A stretch of 63,081 nt of DNA, counting the filler, from Phoronis australis (taxonomy: Eukaryota > Animalia > Phoronida): the NCBI GenBank assembly GCA_002633005.1. It is 8 parts of 8 records of this genome, joined end to end, with 100 filler letters (N's around TTAATTAATTAA, not from the genome) between each part and the next. Parts side by side here need not be neighbours in the genome. Positions count along the whole stretch, not along the records: positions 1 to 30,301 come from NMRA01000229.1; positions 30,402 to 44,027 come from NMRA01000366.1; 6 more parts are not named here. One strand, 5' to 3'. Under the pieces are notes generated by a model that was given only the letters and a program-made list of their open reading frames with translations, was not told the DNA's origin and made no database searches. The translations under genes and the position numbers were made by a program. How positions within the stretch are numbered: the stretch's first letter is position 1; the number at the start of each line of letters is the position of its first letter. Below, in pieces: positions 27,790 to 40,023 of this stretch.

Positions 27790-30301
27790 TCTTGGCAGAT
27801 TTTAGTTTAGGGCCACCTGTTGTCTATTTTTGGACCTAAGAAAAGCTCTAGAAACACGCTGTATGCGTTGCTGTCGTGGGTGCAGTTCAACGCTAGACCA
27901 TGCTTTTGTTACTGAATTGTGGCAAAGCTCTGCGCCACCTGTTGTCTGTTTTTGGAACTAAATAAGAGCTCTAGAAACAAGCTATATGCGTTGCTGTTGT
28001 GGGTGCATTTCAACGCCGTGCCTTGCTCTTGTTCCTAAATTGTGGCAAATTTCTGAGCCACCTATTGTCTGTTTTTGGAACTAATCAACAGCTCAAAAAG
28101 CATGCTCCATGCAACTTTGTTGTGGATGCATTTCAGTGCTCTGCCTTGCTTTTGTTACTGAATTGTGGCAAATGTCTGCGCCACCTATTGTCTATTTTTG
28201 GAACTAAAGAAGAGCTCAAGAAGCATGCTTTATGCATTGCTGTTGTGGTAGCATTTTAACACTACGACTTGCTTTTGTAACTGAATTTTGGCAAATTTTA
28301 GCGCCATCTGTTGTCTATTTTTGGAACTAAAAAAGAGCTCTTACAAATTTCAGTGCCACCTATTGTCTACTTTCAGAACTAAACAGCTCAAGAAGCATGC
28401 TTTATGCATTGCTGTTGTGGTAGCATTTTAACCCTGCGACTTGCTTTTGTAACTGAATTGTGGCAAATTTTAGCGCCACCTGTTGTCTATTTGTGGAACT
28501 AAAGAACAGATATAGCAAATTTTAGCGCCACCTATTGTGTACTTTCGGAACTAATCAACAGCTCAAGAAGCATTCCTTATGCGTTGCTATCATGGGTGTA
28601 TTTCAACACTACGCCTTACTTTTGTTACTGAATTGTGGCAAATTTTAGTGCCACCTGTTGTCTATTTTTGGAACTAAAAAAGAGCTCTAACAAATTTCAG
28701 TGCCACCTATTGTCTACTTTCGGAACTAAACAGCTCAAGAAGCATGCTGTATGCGTTGCTGTCGTGGGTGCATTTCAACACTACGCCTTGCTTTTGTTAC
28801 TGAATTGTGGCAATGTTTAGCGCCACCTGTTGTCTATTTTTAGAACTAAAGAACAGCTAAAGCAAATTTTAGCGCCACCTATTGTCTATTTTTGGAACTA
28901 AAGAAACTGGCTGTATGCGTTGATGTCGTGAATGCATTTCAACGCGTTGGTTTTGTTACAGATTTCTGGCAAATTCCAGCGCCACCTATTGTCTACTTTT
29001 GGAACTAAAGAAGAGCTCTAGCAAATTTCAGCGCCACCTATTGTGTACTTTTGGAACTAATCAACAGCTCAAGAAGCATGCTGTATGCGTTGCTATCGTG
29101 AGTATATTTTAACACTACGCCTTGCTTTTGTTACTGAATTTTGGCAAATTTTAGCACCACCTGTTGTCTATATTTGGAACTAAAGAAGAGCTCTAGCAAA
29201 TTTCAACGCCACCTATTGTCTACTTTCGGAACTAATCAACAGTTCAAGAAGCATGCTGTATGCGTTGCTATCGTGAGAGTTTTTAAACACTACGCCTTGC
29301 TTTTGTTACTGAATTTTGGCAAATTTTAGCGCCACCTGTTGTCTATTTTTGGAACTAAAAAAGAGCTCTAACAAATTTCAGTGCCACCTATTGTCTACTT
29401 TCAGAACTAAACAGCTCAAGAAGCATGCTTTATGCATTGCTGTTGTGATAGCATTTTAACCCTGCGACTTGCTTTTGTATCTGAATTGTGGCAAATTTTA
29501 GCGCCACCTGTTGTCTATTTGTGGAACTAAAGAACAGATATAGCAAATTTTAGCGCCACCTGTTGTCTATTTTTGGAACTAAAGAAGAGCTCTAGCAAAT
29601 TTCAGCGCCACCTATTGTGTACTTTCGGAACTAATCAACAGCTCAAGAAGCATTCCTTATGCGTTGCTATCATGGGTGTATTTCAACGCTACGCCTTACT
29701 TTTGTTACTGAATTGTGGCAAATTTTAGTGCCACCTGTTGTCTATTTTTGGAACTAAAAAAGAGCTCTAACAAATTTCAGCACCACCTATTGTCTACTTT
29801 CGGAACTAAACAGCTCAAGAAGCATGCTGTATGCGTTGCTGTCGTGGGTGCATTTCAACACTACGCCTTGCTTTTGTTACTGAATTGTGGCAATGTTTAG
29901 CGCCACCTGATGTATATTTTTGGAACTAAAGAACAGCTATAGCAAATTTTAGCGCCACCTATTGTCTATTTTTGGAACTAAAGAAACTGGCTGTATGCGT
30001 TGATGTCGTGAATGCGTTTCAACGCGTTGGTTTTGTTACAGATTTCTGGCAAATTCCAGCGCCACCTATTGTCTACTTTTGGAACTAAAGAAGAGCTCTA
30101 GCAAATTTCAGCGCCACCTATTGTGTACTTTTGGAACTAATCAACAGCTCAAGAAGCATGCTGTATGCGTTGCTATCGTGAGTATATTTTAACACTACGC
30201 CTTGCTTTTGTTACTGAATTTTGGCAAATTTTAGCGCCACCTGTTGTCTATTTTTGGAACTAAAGAAGAGCTCTAGCAAATTTCAACGCCACCTATTGTC
30301 T
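27790..30301 (+). repeat. Satellite of stacked HINE 3' ends (~123-bp monomer, ~52-bp sub-repeat, ~1080-bp higher-order unit)
   Basis: The monomer contains GTGGGTGCATTTCAAC...CTTGCTTTTGTT and GCGCCACCT(G/A)TTGTC. The variant GCTCAAGAAGCATTCCTTATG recurs at 28561 and 29641. The array runs into the contig end. Confidence 0.85.
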
Positions 30302-30401
30302 NNNNNNNNNNNNNNNNNNNNNNNNNNNNNNNNNNNNNNNNNNNNTTAATTAATTAANNNNNNNNNNNNNNNNNNNNNNNNNNNNNNNNNNNNNNNNNNN
30401 N
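30302..30401. other. Artificial contig spacer (N44-TTAATTAATTAA-N44); others at 44028-44127, 47594-47693, 51105-51204, 53416-53515, 56090-56189 and 60077-60176
   Basis: An identical 100-bp N spacer with a six-frame stop insert occurs seven times. Confidence 0.98.
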
Positions 30402-30981
30402 CAGAACATACTTGACATTTCATCTTCATGTTTATGTGTAGAAACTAATAACCTTTGTACCCAAGTCTTATTTAATATCTGAATTAAAATATGTGAAACA
30501 GGCTAAAAGTGATTTAACAATGTGTATTTTTCATGACACTTAAAATGTGCTTCTGATCTCAACAAGTAAAATTCATTCTAGGTGTCAATTTTTTTCCAAT
30601 GTAATGTTACATTTACTGAATTAAGCTGAGGCTTATTCATGTTAATTGATAACTGAGCTGGTGGTCCTGGGGGTGGGGTCCACGATAAAATAAGGAAACT
30701 CACTCATCTAGAGAATTTTTTTGGAAAAAGCATAGTTTTGAAGAGAAACTGCTGTGAAAAAGTCACCCTTGACTTCTGTGCATCACGTACCATACACCTC
30801 TTATTTTGGGCGCACCCCACCCAGGACAATATGAATATGTGCTGTTAGCCTACCCGGCATCGGGTGAGTTTCCAAAAAGAAGCACTTAGTTCCACTCAAT
30901 AAAACTGTTATTCCGTTGGTTTAACTGGTGGGGATAACATCACCGAACGATGTTGATAGAAACTGATTGCTAAAAACTTAC

Positions 30982-31142
30982 CAAGTAATGTTGTGTAGTC
31001 TCCGAATGGAACTGCAGCGCATAGTCATAGAGCTCACACGGGGCTTCAGCATCCACACACTTTTTGTCAATTAGTTGACCCCGTTGACCGCAATTGTCCA
31101 CGAATATAGTAACTTTAGGTCTTTTTGGGAATTTGTGGCCAC
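30982..31142 (-). CDS. Candidate exon of an unidentified gene
   Basis: Strong donor TTG|GTAAGT. Open frame GHKFPKRPKVTIFVDNCG...ELYDYALQFHSETTQHYL. An NRF1-like GCATGCGC lies at ~31250. No homology recognised. Confidence 0.25.
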
Positions 31143-33474
31143 CTGTCGAAGACTTGCACCAGGGAAATTAGCAGTAATAAAGCTTAGCGCGACGACGTAT
31201 TTTGATAAAAATTCCATCTTTTACCAGTTGTTTACATGCAGACAGCGACGCATGCGCAATTCAATCACCACTTGTACAGCAGCGACACCGCGAGGAGAAT
31301 TCTCCGAATAGCCCCATTTTATTTTCTAAAACAGCCTTCAAAGAGAACGATTCTCCAGTTTCACTTATTTCGGGTTCTGTTCTTCAAAAAACAAAACATA
31401 CGTACAAGAAATAGCTTACATCCAATGATTGTTGAAAAATACTAATTAGCACTGGATTATTTGGTCATCTGGACTAAGGGTCACACCACACGTCTTACAG
31501 CGTCCGGTTAAACAGGACCTAATTTAGAAGCAAAGCATGCCGAAAGTGTAACAGGCAACTAGAGAGGTACACGTTTCTGTAGGCTAACAACTACATGCAC
31601 GGCATACTACTATTTCAATCGTGCCACTAATCATCCTTCACAATCAAATGCAACAAGTTCTTACACAATGGTTTGATGGAGAAGGAACATAATGTTGACC
31701 CACATTTAAATTAGGAATTCATAATTACTACGACGTCACTATGGAAGGTCTGGCTTGAATTCAGTTTCACATCTATAGCCACATAACAAAACGGCATCGG
31801 TAAAAACAGTTCAAGTCTAGGTTCAAGGTATCGGGCATATAAATCCACGCTCAGAACCACCGGTCCAGGGGTCACTTCCATTACCTGCGCCCATCAGCAT
31901 GAAACAAGTCTGTCGTAGGCAGATCTATCAGTTAAAACCATTAAATTACGGGTCCATGTAACGCATTTCCCTACAAAGCTGTCATTTTAATACGTTAAAT
32001 TTGAGCCATGAACTTAAAATTAACTTACATTTCAAAAAATATATTATATAAAAGTTTATGAGGTTTTCCTGGATGTACTGGTCTCACTTAAACCTGTTTT
32101 GCAGATGTTACTAAAAAGTGGTATCAGATTGGTTATCAAAAAAGTAAAACAGACTATTGACCAGAAAATGTTGCAAGTGGATGAAACATGACAGGATGGT
32201 GACTTACAACTTAGTGGTGGGTAGTATCTATACAAAGCACAACAATGCCCCCGCAATATGCTACTGATATCAATAAGATTCATAGAGGAATCTAACTTTT
32301 CCAGATCTCCTTCCAAGCTTTACAACAGAACGAATGGGCAGTACTTATTTTACAGTATATGACAACTTAATAGGACAAAATGACCAAATTGTGGGAGCAG
32401 CATGAATCACACAAGAGTCACAGTAATTCATTACAACCGTGAGGTGGACTGAAACGAGAGGTTTGTCCGATTACGATGTGTACTGTACACAAATCCACAA
32501 GAGTCGAGTGGAGGTTATTGATTGCAAATTGGCAAACTGGCGATTTCCGCTGCTTTGAACTTGGTCAGATTTCCTCATCCTATCACTGCACCAGCTTCTT
32601 TGTAGGTGAAAACATATGAAATGCAGTTTAGATTCAAACAATTTGTCTGATGGAATTGTCCCACGTAGTAGGCCCACACACCAACGGCAATAGGAGACTA
32701 TTCACCAGTTGGCGATAATGAACAAATGCTGCAAACATTTAGTGACATAAACTGAGACCAGAAAACCACTTATCAGCATGACGTCATCCATAGGCTAACT
32801 GTCCCACGTAACTATTTGAATGCATGGTACATTTCTAGAAGTAGGGCACTTGACGGACCGACGCCACCTAGTGAATGTCGTCGCCCATTGCCTTACAAAA
32901 TTCCGTATACCTATCCGTTTACAGAAAAATTAACGGCTCATTTCAGCAAAATCGCAACCATAGAATACTCTTTTCATATTCTTGTTTATGGTAAATTCCT
33001 GGTCATTCTCTATTATGACAAAAGGTTACTACAACAGAAAAAGTGAGATGTTCTGCACTGTGAAATAGGGTGTTCTGTCTCATACTGTGTTGTGACATTG
33101 TGCCTAAATGTAACGGCCGTGTAAGAGATGCACCAACTGGGGATAGTGTTCCAATTGAGCCTCAGTTTCAAGATAATAACCTACAGGAAGTAATGTTTAG
33201 ACAGTTCGTATGTTTCAGAGAGATTGCTGTGTACATCCCTGGACCACAACTAATGCAAGTGTTATGTTGGTACACGCATGTGTTTACGGCAGTTATTAAT
33301 CAGTGTTTTGGAAACGAAGTGAACTGTTCGTTTTAGATCACTTATCGCTATAAAATGGTTTCACATTGTTCCTTACTCAAGTGAGAAGTGATTTTTGTGA
33401 GTTAAAAGAGCAGACAGTTTGCTGTTCCAGGAGACCCAGCTCGGCTCATAAGATGACAACTCACCCAAACACAA

Positions 33475-33719
33475 CATGCGCGGACCCGGGGGGCTCAAGT
33501 GAGCCCCCCCATTTGGCGAAGTGGGCAAAAAGGTCCGTCTCAGAGAAACAAAAAGCCCGAGAAAACGAGACAAAAGTGCACTAAAAAGGCGCACACACAG
33601 AGTTCACAGTTCTGAAGGTGGTACCCCGTTTTTTTGTCCCCCGCTTTTTTGTCAGCAAAAGGTCTCCATTATTAGAAATCTGAGCCCTCCCCCCATACTA
33701 AAGACTGAGTGCGCCCATG
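33475..33719 (+). mobile_element. MITE with CATGCGC.../...GCGCCCATG termini and 5-bp TSD CACAA; partial second copy at ~48128-48310
   Basis: CACAA at 33470-33474 and 33720-33724. The internal CCCCCCATTTGGC(G/A)AAGTGGGCAAAAAG is shared with the 48.1-kb copy. Confidence 0.6.
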
Positions 33720-33751
33720 CACAAGATTGGTGTGAAGCAGCAAGGGTTTGG

Positions 33752-33909
33752 CAGTTCTTTCCTAGTCTCCATATCATCTCCAACTGGACCAAGGAACAAC
33801 TAGTCAGTTCTTTTCTAGTCTCCATATCATCTCCAACTGGACCAAGGAACAACTAGTCAGTTCTTTCCTAGTCTCCATATCATCTCCAACTGGACCAAGG
33901 AACAACTAG
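33752..33909. repeat. 53-bp minisatellite x3
   Basis: Unit CAGTTCTTTCCTAGTCTCCATATCATCTCCAACTGGACCAAGGAACAACTAGT. Confidence 0.9.
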
Positions 33910-34498
33910 AAACCAACTTCATAATAAGTGGTTCAAATTCTGTTGGTATTGTGATGGAAGGCAGGTTTAAACTACTTTAGATAATGCATGATAGCGTTGG
34001 TTAAGAAGGAAACAATTAATAAATTGGCTGATCTGAGACAAAGTTCATATACAACATATACAACAATTTCAAACTTGTTTTATCCTATCATGAAATTACC
34101 TCCAAATGTGGTCCTACTTAAGCTGCCATAAACATAAAAAATGACAAAATGCATATTTAAGAAAGCCATTCACTTTTAATGTCATAATAAAACATCAAAC
34201 AATCTATGAACACCATGTGAATATAATTTAATACAATGATGAAAATGTTTTTCAAAATCACAAGACTGAAAATTGAGTTTAACATATTCCTTTAGATCTA
34301 AGACTAATACCAGTGATGTCTATGTATGGCTCAAAAAACAGAATGCAGTCACGTCCCAGCAAATAAATTCTCAACCTACGCTCTTCCTTCATTCAAATGT
34401 CACATTTGCGTTGAACACTTGAGTTGATATAAAGTGTCACATAAACAGCAACCTTTTCCTCAAAAGATTGAACAAGTTCAGAATGTTGGGACACAATG

Positions 34499-34634
34499 TC
34501 ACCACTTGTTGATGTTGAAAATACGCACGCCGTGTAACTGTGGCAGCTTTGCAATAAGAACAAAGCCAAGAGATATGGCGTTGATGAAGAAGTGTAATGG
34601 ATCATATTGCGTGTAGAAACTTGCCAGAACAAAT
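34499..34634 (-). CDS. ORMDL: ORMDL sphingolipid biosynthesis regulator, final coding exon (136 nt)
   Basis: Translates (L)[44 protein letters not shown], the ORMDL C-terminus. Its phase matches the previous exon. Confidence 0.93.
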
Positions 34635-34860
34635 CTGTAAATAGATCATATTGCGTGTAGAAACTTGCCAGAACAAATCTGTAAATAGATCATATTGTGT
34701 GTAGAAACTTGCCAGAACAAATCTATAAATAGATCATATTGTGTGTAGAAACTTGCCAGAACAAATCTGTAAATAGATCATATTGTGTGTAGAAACTTGC
34801 CAGAACAAATCTGTAAATAGATCATATTGTGTGTAGAAACTTGCCAGATCAAATCTGTAA
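34600..34860. repeat. 44-bp tandem repeat x6 spanning the ORMDL last intron/exon boundary
   Basis: Minus-strand unit TTACAG|ATTTGTTCTGGCAAGTTTCTACACACAATATGATCTAT. Possible exon starts at 34634, 34678, 34722, 34766, 34810 and 34854. Confidence 0.93.
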
Positions 34861-36370
34861 AAGGAAGACTGCGACAGCGTATATGTGATGAACATCTGTA
34901 GCAAAAGTCTGACACACACAGTAATCTGAAACCTGCGTAACCAAACCACCTGATCCAACTGTGACATTTTCAAAACTAAGAACAAAATGCTTTTGACAAG
35001 AGGTTGACAAAATGTTGCAAAAACACATTTTTCAACTAAATTTTCTGTCAGATCATTTACAACTATTTTTTGTCAAATTTACTTCACAGTATAGGCCACA
35101 CACTACACTAATTTCTCTCACAGTTTTGGTCACACTACCATAAAGATTGACAAATTTCAAAAATAAGTTGGTTTGGGAGCTCGTTAAGGTTTTGATGGAG
35201 GCTTCACAAGAATGCGTAAAATCACGTTCGCCTCTGAATGACATCTAAGCTTAAAACCACATACATATTTTTATTAATATTGCAAAAACCTCTAAATTGT
35301 TATTGAGAAAACTTTAGATTATCCATAATTTTTATTACCCATATTATTCTAAATTTTACACAGCTAACAATGGAACAGGTCATAGATGGCATCTAGGATT
35401 AGTTTCTGAGCAGCTTAGTATGTGTATTTTAGTTTGGTTGCTGCACACAGCGGAGCAAACAACAACTTAACCCTTTCAAGGATATTAAACCTTATTTTTC
35501 ATGATTTAAAGTCCACCGTTAATGGTAACATGTGTTCGGTTGGTACTATTTGAGCATCAGTCTTGAGCATGTCATAAGTTGCCAAATGTAACATGGATTT
35601 ATTGCAAGCACATTGGCTTTCATTCATCTATCTCAACACCAGCATTCTTATGGTGTTCTATTCAAGCCCTTACTCAATACAGTTACTTTCGTTACTTGTT
35701 CTGTGCTCTAGCAGTGATGCTTTATGGTATAGGCACTCATCACTTTAACCATATGTTGCTTAAGGTTACCTAATACCCTCAAAAATGGCCGATCGGGTTC
35801 AAACAAAGCTTTCAGTAACACTGTTCTCCAAAATGTTAAAAAATGTTTTAAAGAGCCAATATGGTACGAGTGGCAATAAAATATAGGACATTATGACTTT
35901 CATGAAAAATTCAATAGTTGCATATCTAACGAAAATGAAATGATAAAAGTTAGAAAATTGTAATAGTGTCTTCTTGAAAATTTATAACAACAAATTTAAA
36001 TAACTTGGCTGTGTTATTGATGCAGTTGTTTTGCTATAAATGTGCCCTTCTCTTTTGCTAAATCTTGACCAATAGACGTGGTCATGTGACCCAATTAATA
36101 GAATATTGGTTAAGTCGAGCAACAAATTCTATAACCTTTCTACTTTCAGAAAATATAATGCTTTTACCGAATTAAATTCCACATTTCTGTATATACTTGG
36201 TTAAATACAGACTTAAGTGAGAATTGCTTAGATTACCCTGACAGTAACACATCTAATACAAACAAATCCCTTCAAGGAAAACTTTAATACAAAATTCGAC
36301 ATAACACATTATGCTACTAGAGAGTTACTATTTTCCCTTCAGAGAAAAAAGTCACCAAAAACACTTTCTA

Positions 36371-36580
36371 AGTGTGGTCGCCATGTGGTATGTCCGTAGT
36401 GTGTTCACCAGGTGGTATGTCCGTAGTGTGGTCGCCATGTGGTATGTCCGTAGTGTGTTCACCATGTGGTATGTCCGTAGTGTGTTCACCATTTGGTATG
36501 TCCGTAGTGTGTTCACCATGTGGTATGTCCGTAGTGTGTTCACCATGTGGTATGTCCGTAGTGTGTTCACAAGGTGGTAT
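36371..36580. repeat. 27-bp intronic minisatellite (~8 copies)
   Basis: Unit AGTGTGTTCACCATGTGGTATGTCCGT. It explains the repetitive ORFs in several frames. Confidence 0.92.
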
Positions 36581-36852
36581 GACACCACAACTGAAACTTT
36601 GTGGAGTTTTCAACTGGTACACAACTTTTCAGGGTTGACGAGGATTGCAAAGCGTAAGTTTTTTTAAAGCTACAAATTGATCAAGGCACAATTCATGCCC
36701 ACAAAATTTAGTTTCCACTGAATGCATCCCTGGTTTGAATGACTACCTAATACACCCCTCATTTGGTAGACTCCCTAATGCACCACTCAATTGGCTGACT
36801 CCCTAATGTACCTCTCATTTGGTCGACTCCCAAGAGTCAGTGTATGACTTAC

Positions 36853-37004
36853 AGGATGACAGGAATAAGTGTGAGAAACTTTTTGGTGGCTGTGAACTGG
36901 TTGCCGTAATCGATCTGTTCCCACTGAGTTAGGAACTGTTCCTTGCCCTGATCGCCTGTCTCCCATGGAGTTCCCTTGGTCAGATGAAGGGTGATGAATG
37001 ACAG
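36853..37004 (-). CDS. ORMDL: ORMDL coding exon 2 (152 nt)
   Basis: TTCTCTAG|[50 protein letters not shown](L)|GTAAGT, with the ORMDL KGTP...DQGK...WEQ.DYG.QFT signature. Confidence 0.95.
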
Positions 37005-37881
37005 CTAGAGAAGAACGTGCCAGTCAAACGCATGTCAATGAAGCAAATGTCAGACAAAAGGATGAAGGATATGCCACGTTTCAATACAAAAAACAATAAC
37101 TAGCCATTTAAATACAGAACCGTAGTTATCTTGAAGTCATTTTTTGCGTCAATTAGTAACCATGGAACAACAGAAACTGACATATGTGACCCACCAAAAG
37201 GCAACCATTTTGGCTCTGACAAATGACCACCAAAGACCATGTTCCACAGCGAATAGAAACAACATCGTGTTTGCTCAATGAACATGAATGCAGAACCAAA
37301 AAACCATCCTTTTGCTCGGCCACTCATGACACTTTCTATTTATGCATCAACAGGAAATACATTTATGGGAAGCAGACGGTCCCAGATGCAAATCTATTCT
37401 TGTCCAAGAAGTAGGAAAACATGTCGTTACATTTGCCTCTCCTCAGAAACGTTACGCTCATTTTTGGATTCATGGTGGAACAAATCGTATCCACTGATAC
37501 TTCCTAAGTTTATCCAACTTTCAGTACCAGAGTTACACGCGGCAGCATAACAGTAAAACTTTGCTGGCAATTGCGAATACAATTAATGCAATTAAGAAAA
37601 AAAAACCAAGGAGCCAACAAATTACATGATAAACACCAATGTTGGGAAACAAGGCCTGAGAACAACTACAGTATGTATCAACTTGTTTTTTGTATCAGAA
37701 TGTTCAGTGTTTGACCAGTTTGTGAAAACTTAATATACAGCAGACAGCAAGCTTTTATAAAATAACTTCGCACTTTCACAGATACACAGTTTACCTTTTG
37801 TTTGAAGGTCATTCCGAATGCAGTGTCACACTATCCAGGTGTATTAACTGCTATAAAAATATGTACACATTAGTCACTTAC

Positions 37882-38055
37882 CAAATTGTGTACAAGATTT
37901 GTGAGAGTCCAGACCATGGCTACGGTCAGAAACGGAATACTTAATAGAACCAAGTGCATCAGCCCGACCAGCATCACATACGTGACCCACATTCCCTTAC
38001 TGTTGAGATAGGAGTGGGTCGGGTTCTGCTCCGATGAAGCAGTTCCCACGTTCAT
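37882..38055 (-). CDS. ORMDL: ORMDL coding exon 1 (174 nt)
   Basis: [58 protein letters not shown]|GTAAGT. An acceptor lies 7 nt upstream of the ATG. The joined CDS is 462 nt, giving 153 aa, a typical ORMDL length. Confidence 0.95.
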
Positions 38056-40023
38056 CTTGAGTCTACAACATGAATTGATAAATCAATCACAATAGTGATA
38101 CCATATTCATAGACTAAGGTCAAATCAAGTTGACCTATTGTGAACTCCGCCCCTTTGCTAATTGTCAACAAACAAACAATAAGTTTTACCCGGCAATGAA
38201 TTGTTTGTCAGGTAAAATGGCGGATTGGAAACGAAGGTGTCAAGAATGTACGTTCTGATTGGTTAGTACCGTGGTCACTCAAAATCCTGGCGATAGGTCA
38301 ATTCCAAAACTCTTCAGTTAAGTTCAGAAAAGGAAGGGGTATCACTGAGTCTTTTGTAACAGAGTAGTGGGCAGTTGAATATAATTGCCTCTAGATTATA
38401 TTTTTGGCTGAATGGTTTGGACGCTCGGCCCTCATGATAGGAAAGCCAGTTTCAAGTCTCTGTGTCAGCAGATTTTTCAACATTGATGCCCAACAATGAT
38501 AGAATCGGGAGACATCAGCACTAGTCTACTCTCAGGGAAGTACGAAGCCAAGCTCCAGCAACTCCAGTGGAAACCCAGACCAGAGCCATGGCCAAGTTGG
38601 GGCAGCATGCTTGATCTGCAGGACAAGGACTCAGTGGAGTGTGACAAGTGCCTCTTGGCTGAAAAGTTTGGATGCTCAGCTCTCACAAAGGCAACCCTAC
38701 TTCAAGACTTTACCACTATCCCATAGGTAATTCATACACTAAAAGCTTTTTGCCAAATTAAGCCTCACACTTACTAAACCATCAAAGTCATGTTGCTATA
38801 AATATCTTTTTTGCATAGAAGGACTCTCTAAGAGGCCGTTGATGTCTTTAACTCTTCCCAACTCGAACAAATACACATGCAATAATTTTTTTAAGCAGCC
38901 ATATGTTCAGTTGCCCAAATCGGCAATTGGAATGTCTACATTGCTCAATTTATGACACCATATCAGCTATTAGGTAATTACTTTGCATGCCGCAGGAGTA
39001 AACAGGTGATAGTGTATCCCAATAACAAGTTGCCTATTTCAAAATACAGCATATACCATCTAATGATACATGCAGATATAAAGTTAACATATACCATGAC
39101 TAAGGAAACAATTTAGTTAACATAACTTGAACAAATCTATGAAAGACTGCCGCTGTTCCCTCGAGCTCCTTTCACCGGGTGACATTTTGACGAAGTTGAT
39201 GAAATCACGCCTGTTTATGAACAAAAGTCTACAAATTCCACTCCATATTTTCCCATCTTACTTTTTGCAAGTGTCATGCATTTCACTCAGTCTCGTACTT
39301 GTTTTTACCAAACTCATGTGACATCATCTGAAATACTTTGAGGTTACTGCACGTGATGAAAAGGTTAACAGCGATGAAAAAGCAGAGTTGCTATTCTTTG
39401 CCAATGTCATTTTATTTTCGTACATATGCACAGAACCAGAAAGAATTGCTGAAAAAAGTTATATCGCTTGGCTCGTGAGGTAAAAAATGGCCAGGTTCCT
39501 AAGGTGCCTCTCTATGCAGAAAATGTACATATAGCAGTATGAGTTTGATGACTAAATCATGTGAAGCAAAATTCAATGTAAAGCTTCTGGCGAATGGACA
39601 GACTGGGACAGCCACCGTCTCTACTGGGGTCAGTAGATGGTGGCACTGTCTAGTGGAGATTTGTGTGATCTAGATTTTGCCTTTACCTACGGAGCAAAGT
39701 CTTCATTAGGTCGGACAATAGTCGCTATTACAATTCAATTTCACAATTACAAAACAACAGTCAGACAGAGTGCAAGGCACTCGGGTTTACAGCCTCATTT
39801 TGGGATCACGAACCCACATGAGGAGTTTTCAGAGCTCAACGAGTTCAGTTGGTACTGAGAACTCTACGAAGCAAGTTGGCGTAATAGAACCAAGAAGAAA
39901 ACATACAGGTGAGCATCGGACACTCTCATGCAGAGCTAGTTAAAATTGGTCAGTTGAACTACTAAGTAATAGGCAACCACATCGCCCTGAATGCCGAAGG
40001 TATACAGGATCGATAGTACATCC

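Noticed and set aside
27790-30301. CRISPR array
   Set aside because: The sequence between conserved blocks is itself repeated, so there are no unique spacers. There are no cas genes and the context is eukaryotic. The same applies to the 1-27.8 kb repeat.
30346-30357. TTAATTAATTAA as a biological motif
   Set aside because: It is embedded identically in every N spacer and is an assembly linker.
36311-36667. Repetitive ORFs here and at 55795-56145
   Set aside because: They arise from 27-bp and 21-bp minisatellites.
38405-38460. tRNA gene
   Set aside because: Only degenerate A/B-box-like words with no cloverleaf. At most a SINE remnant.
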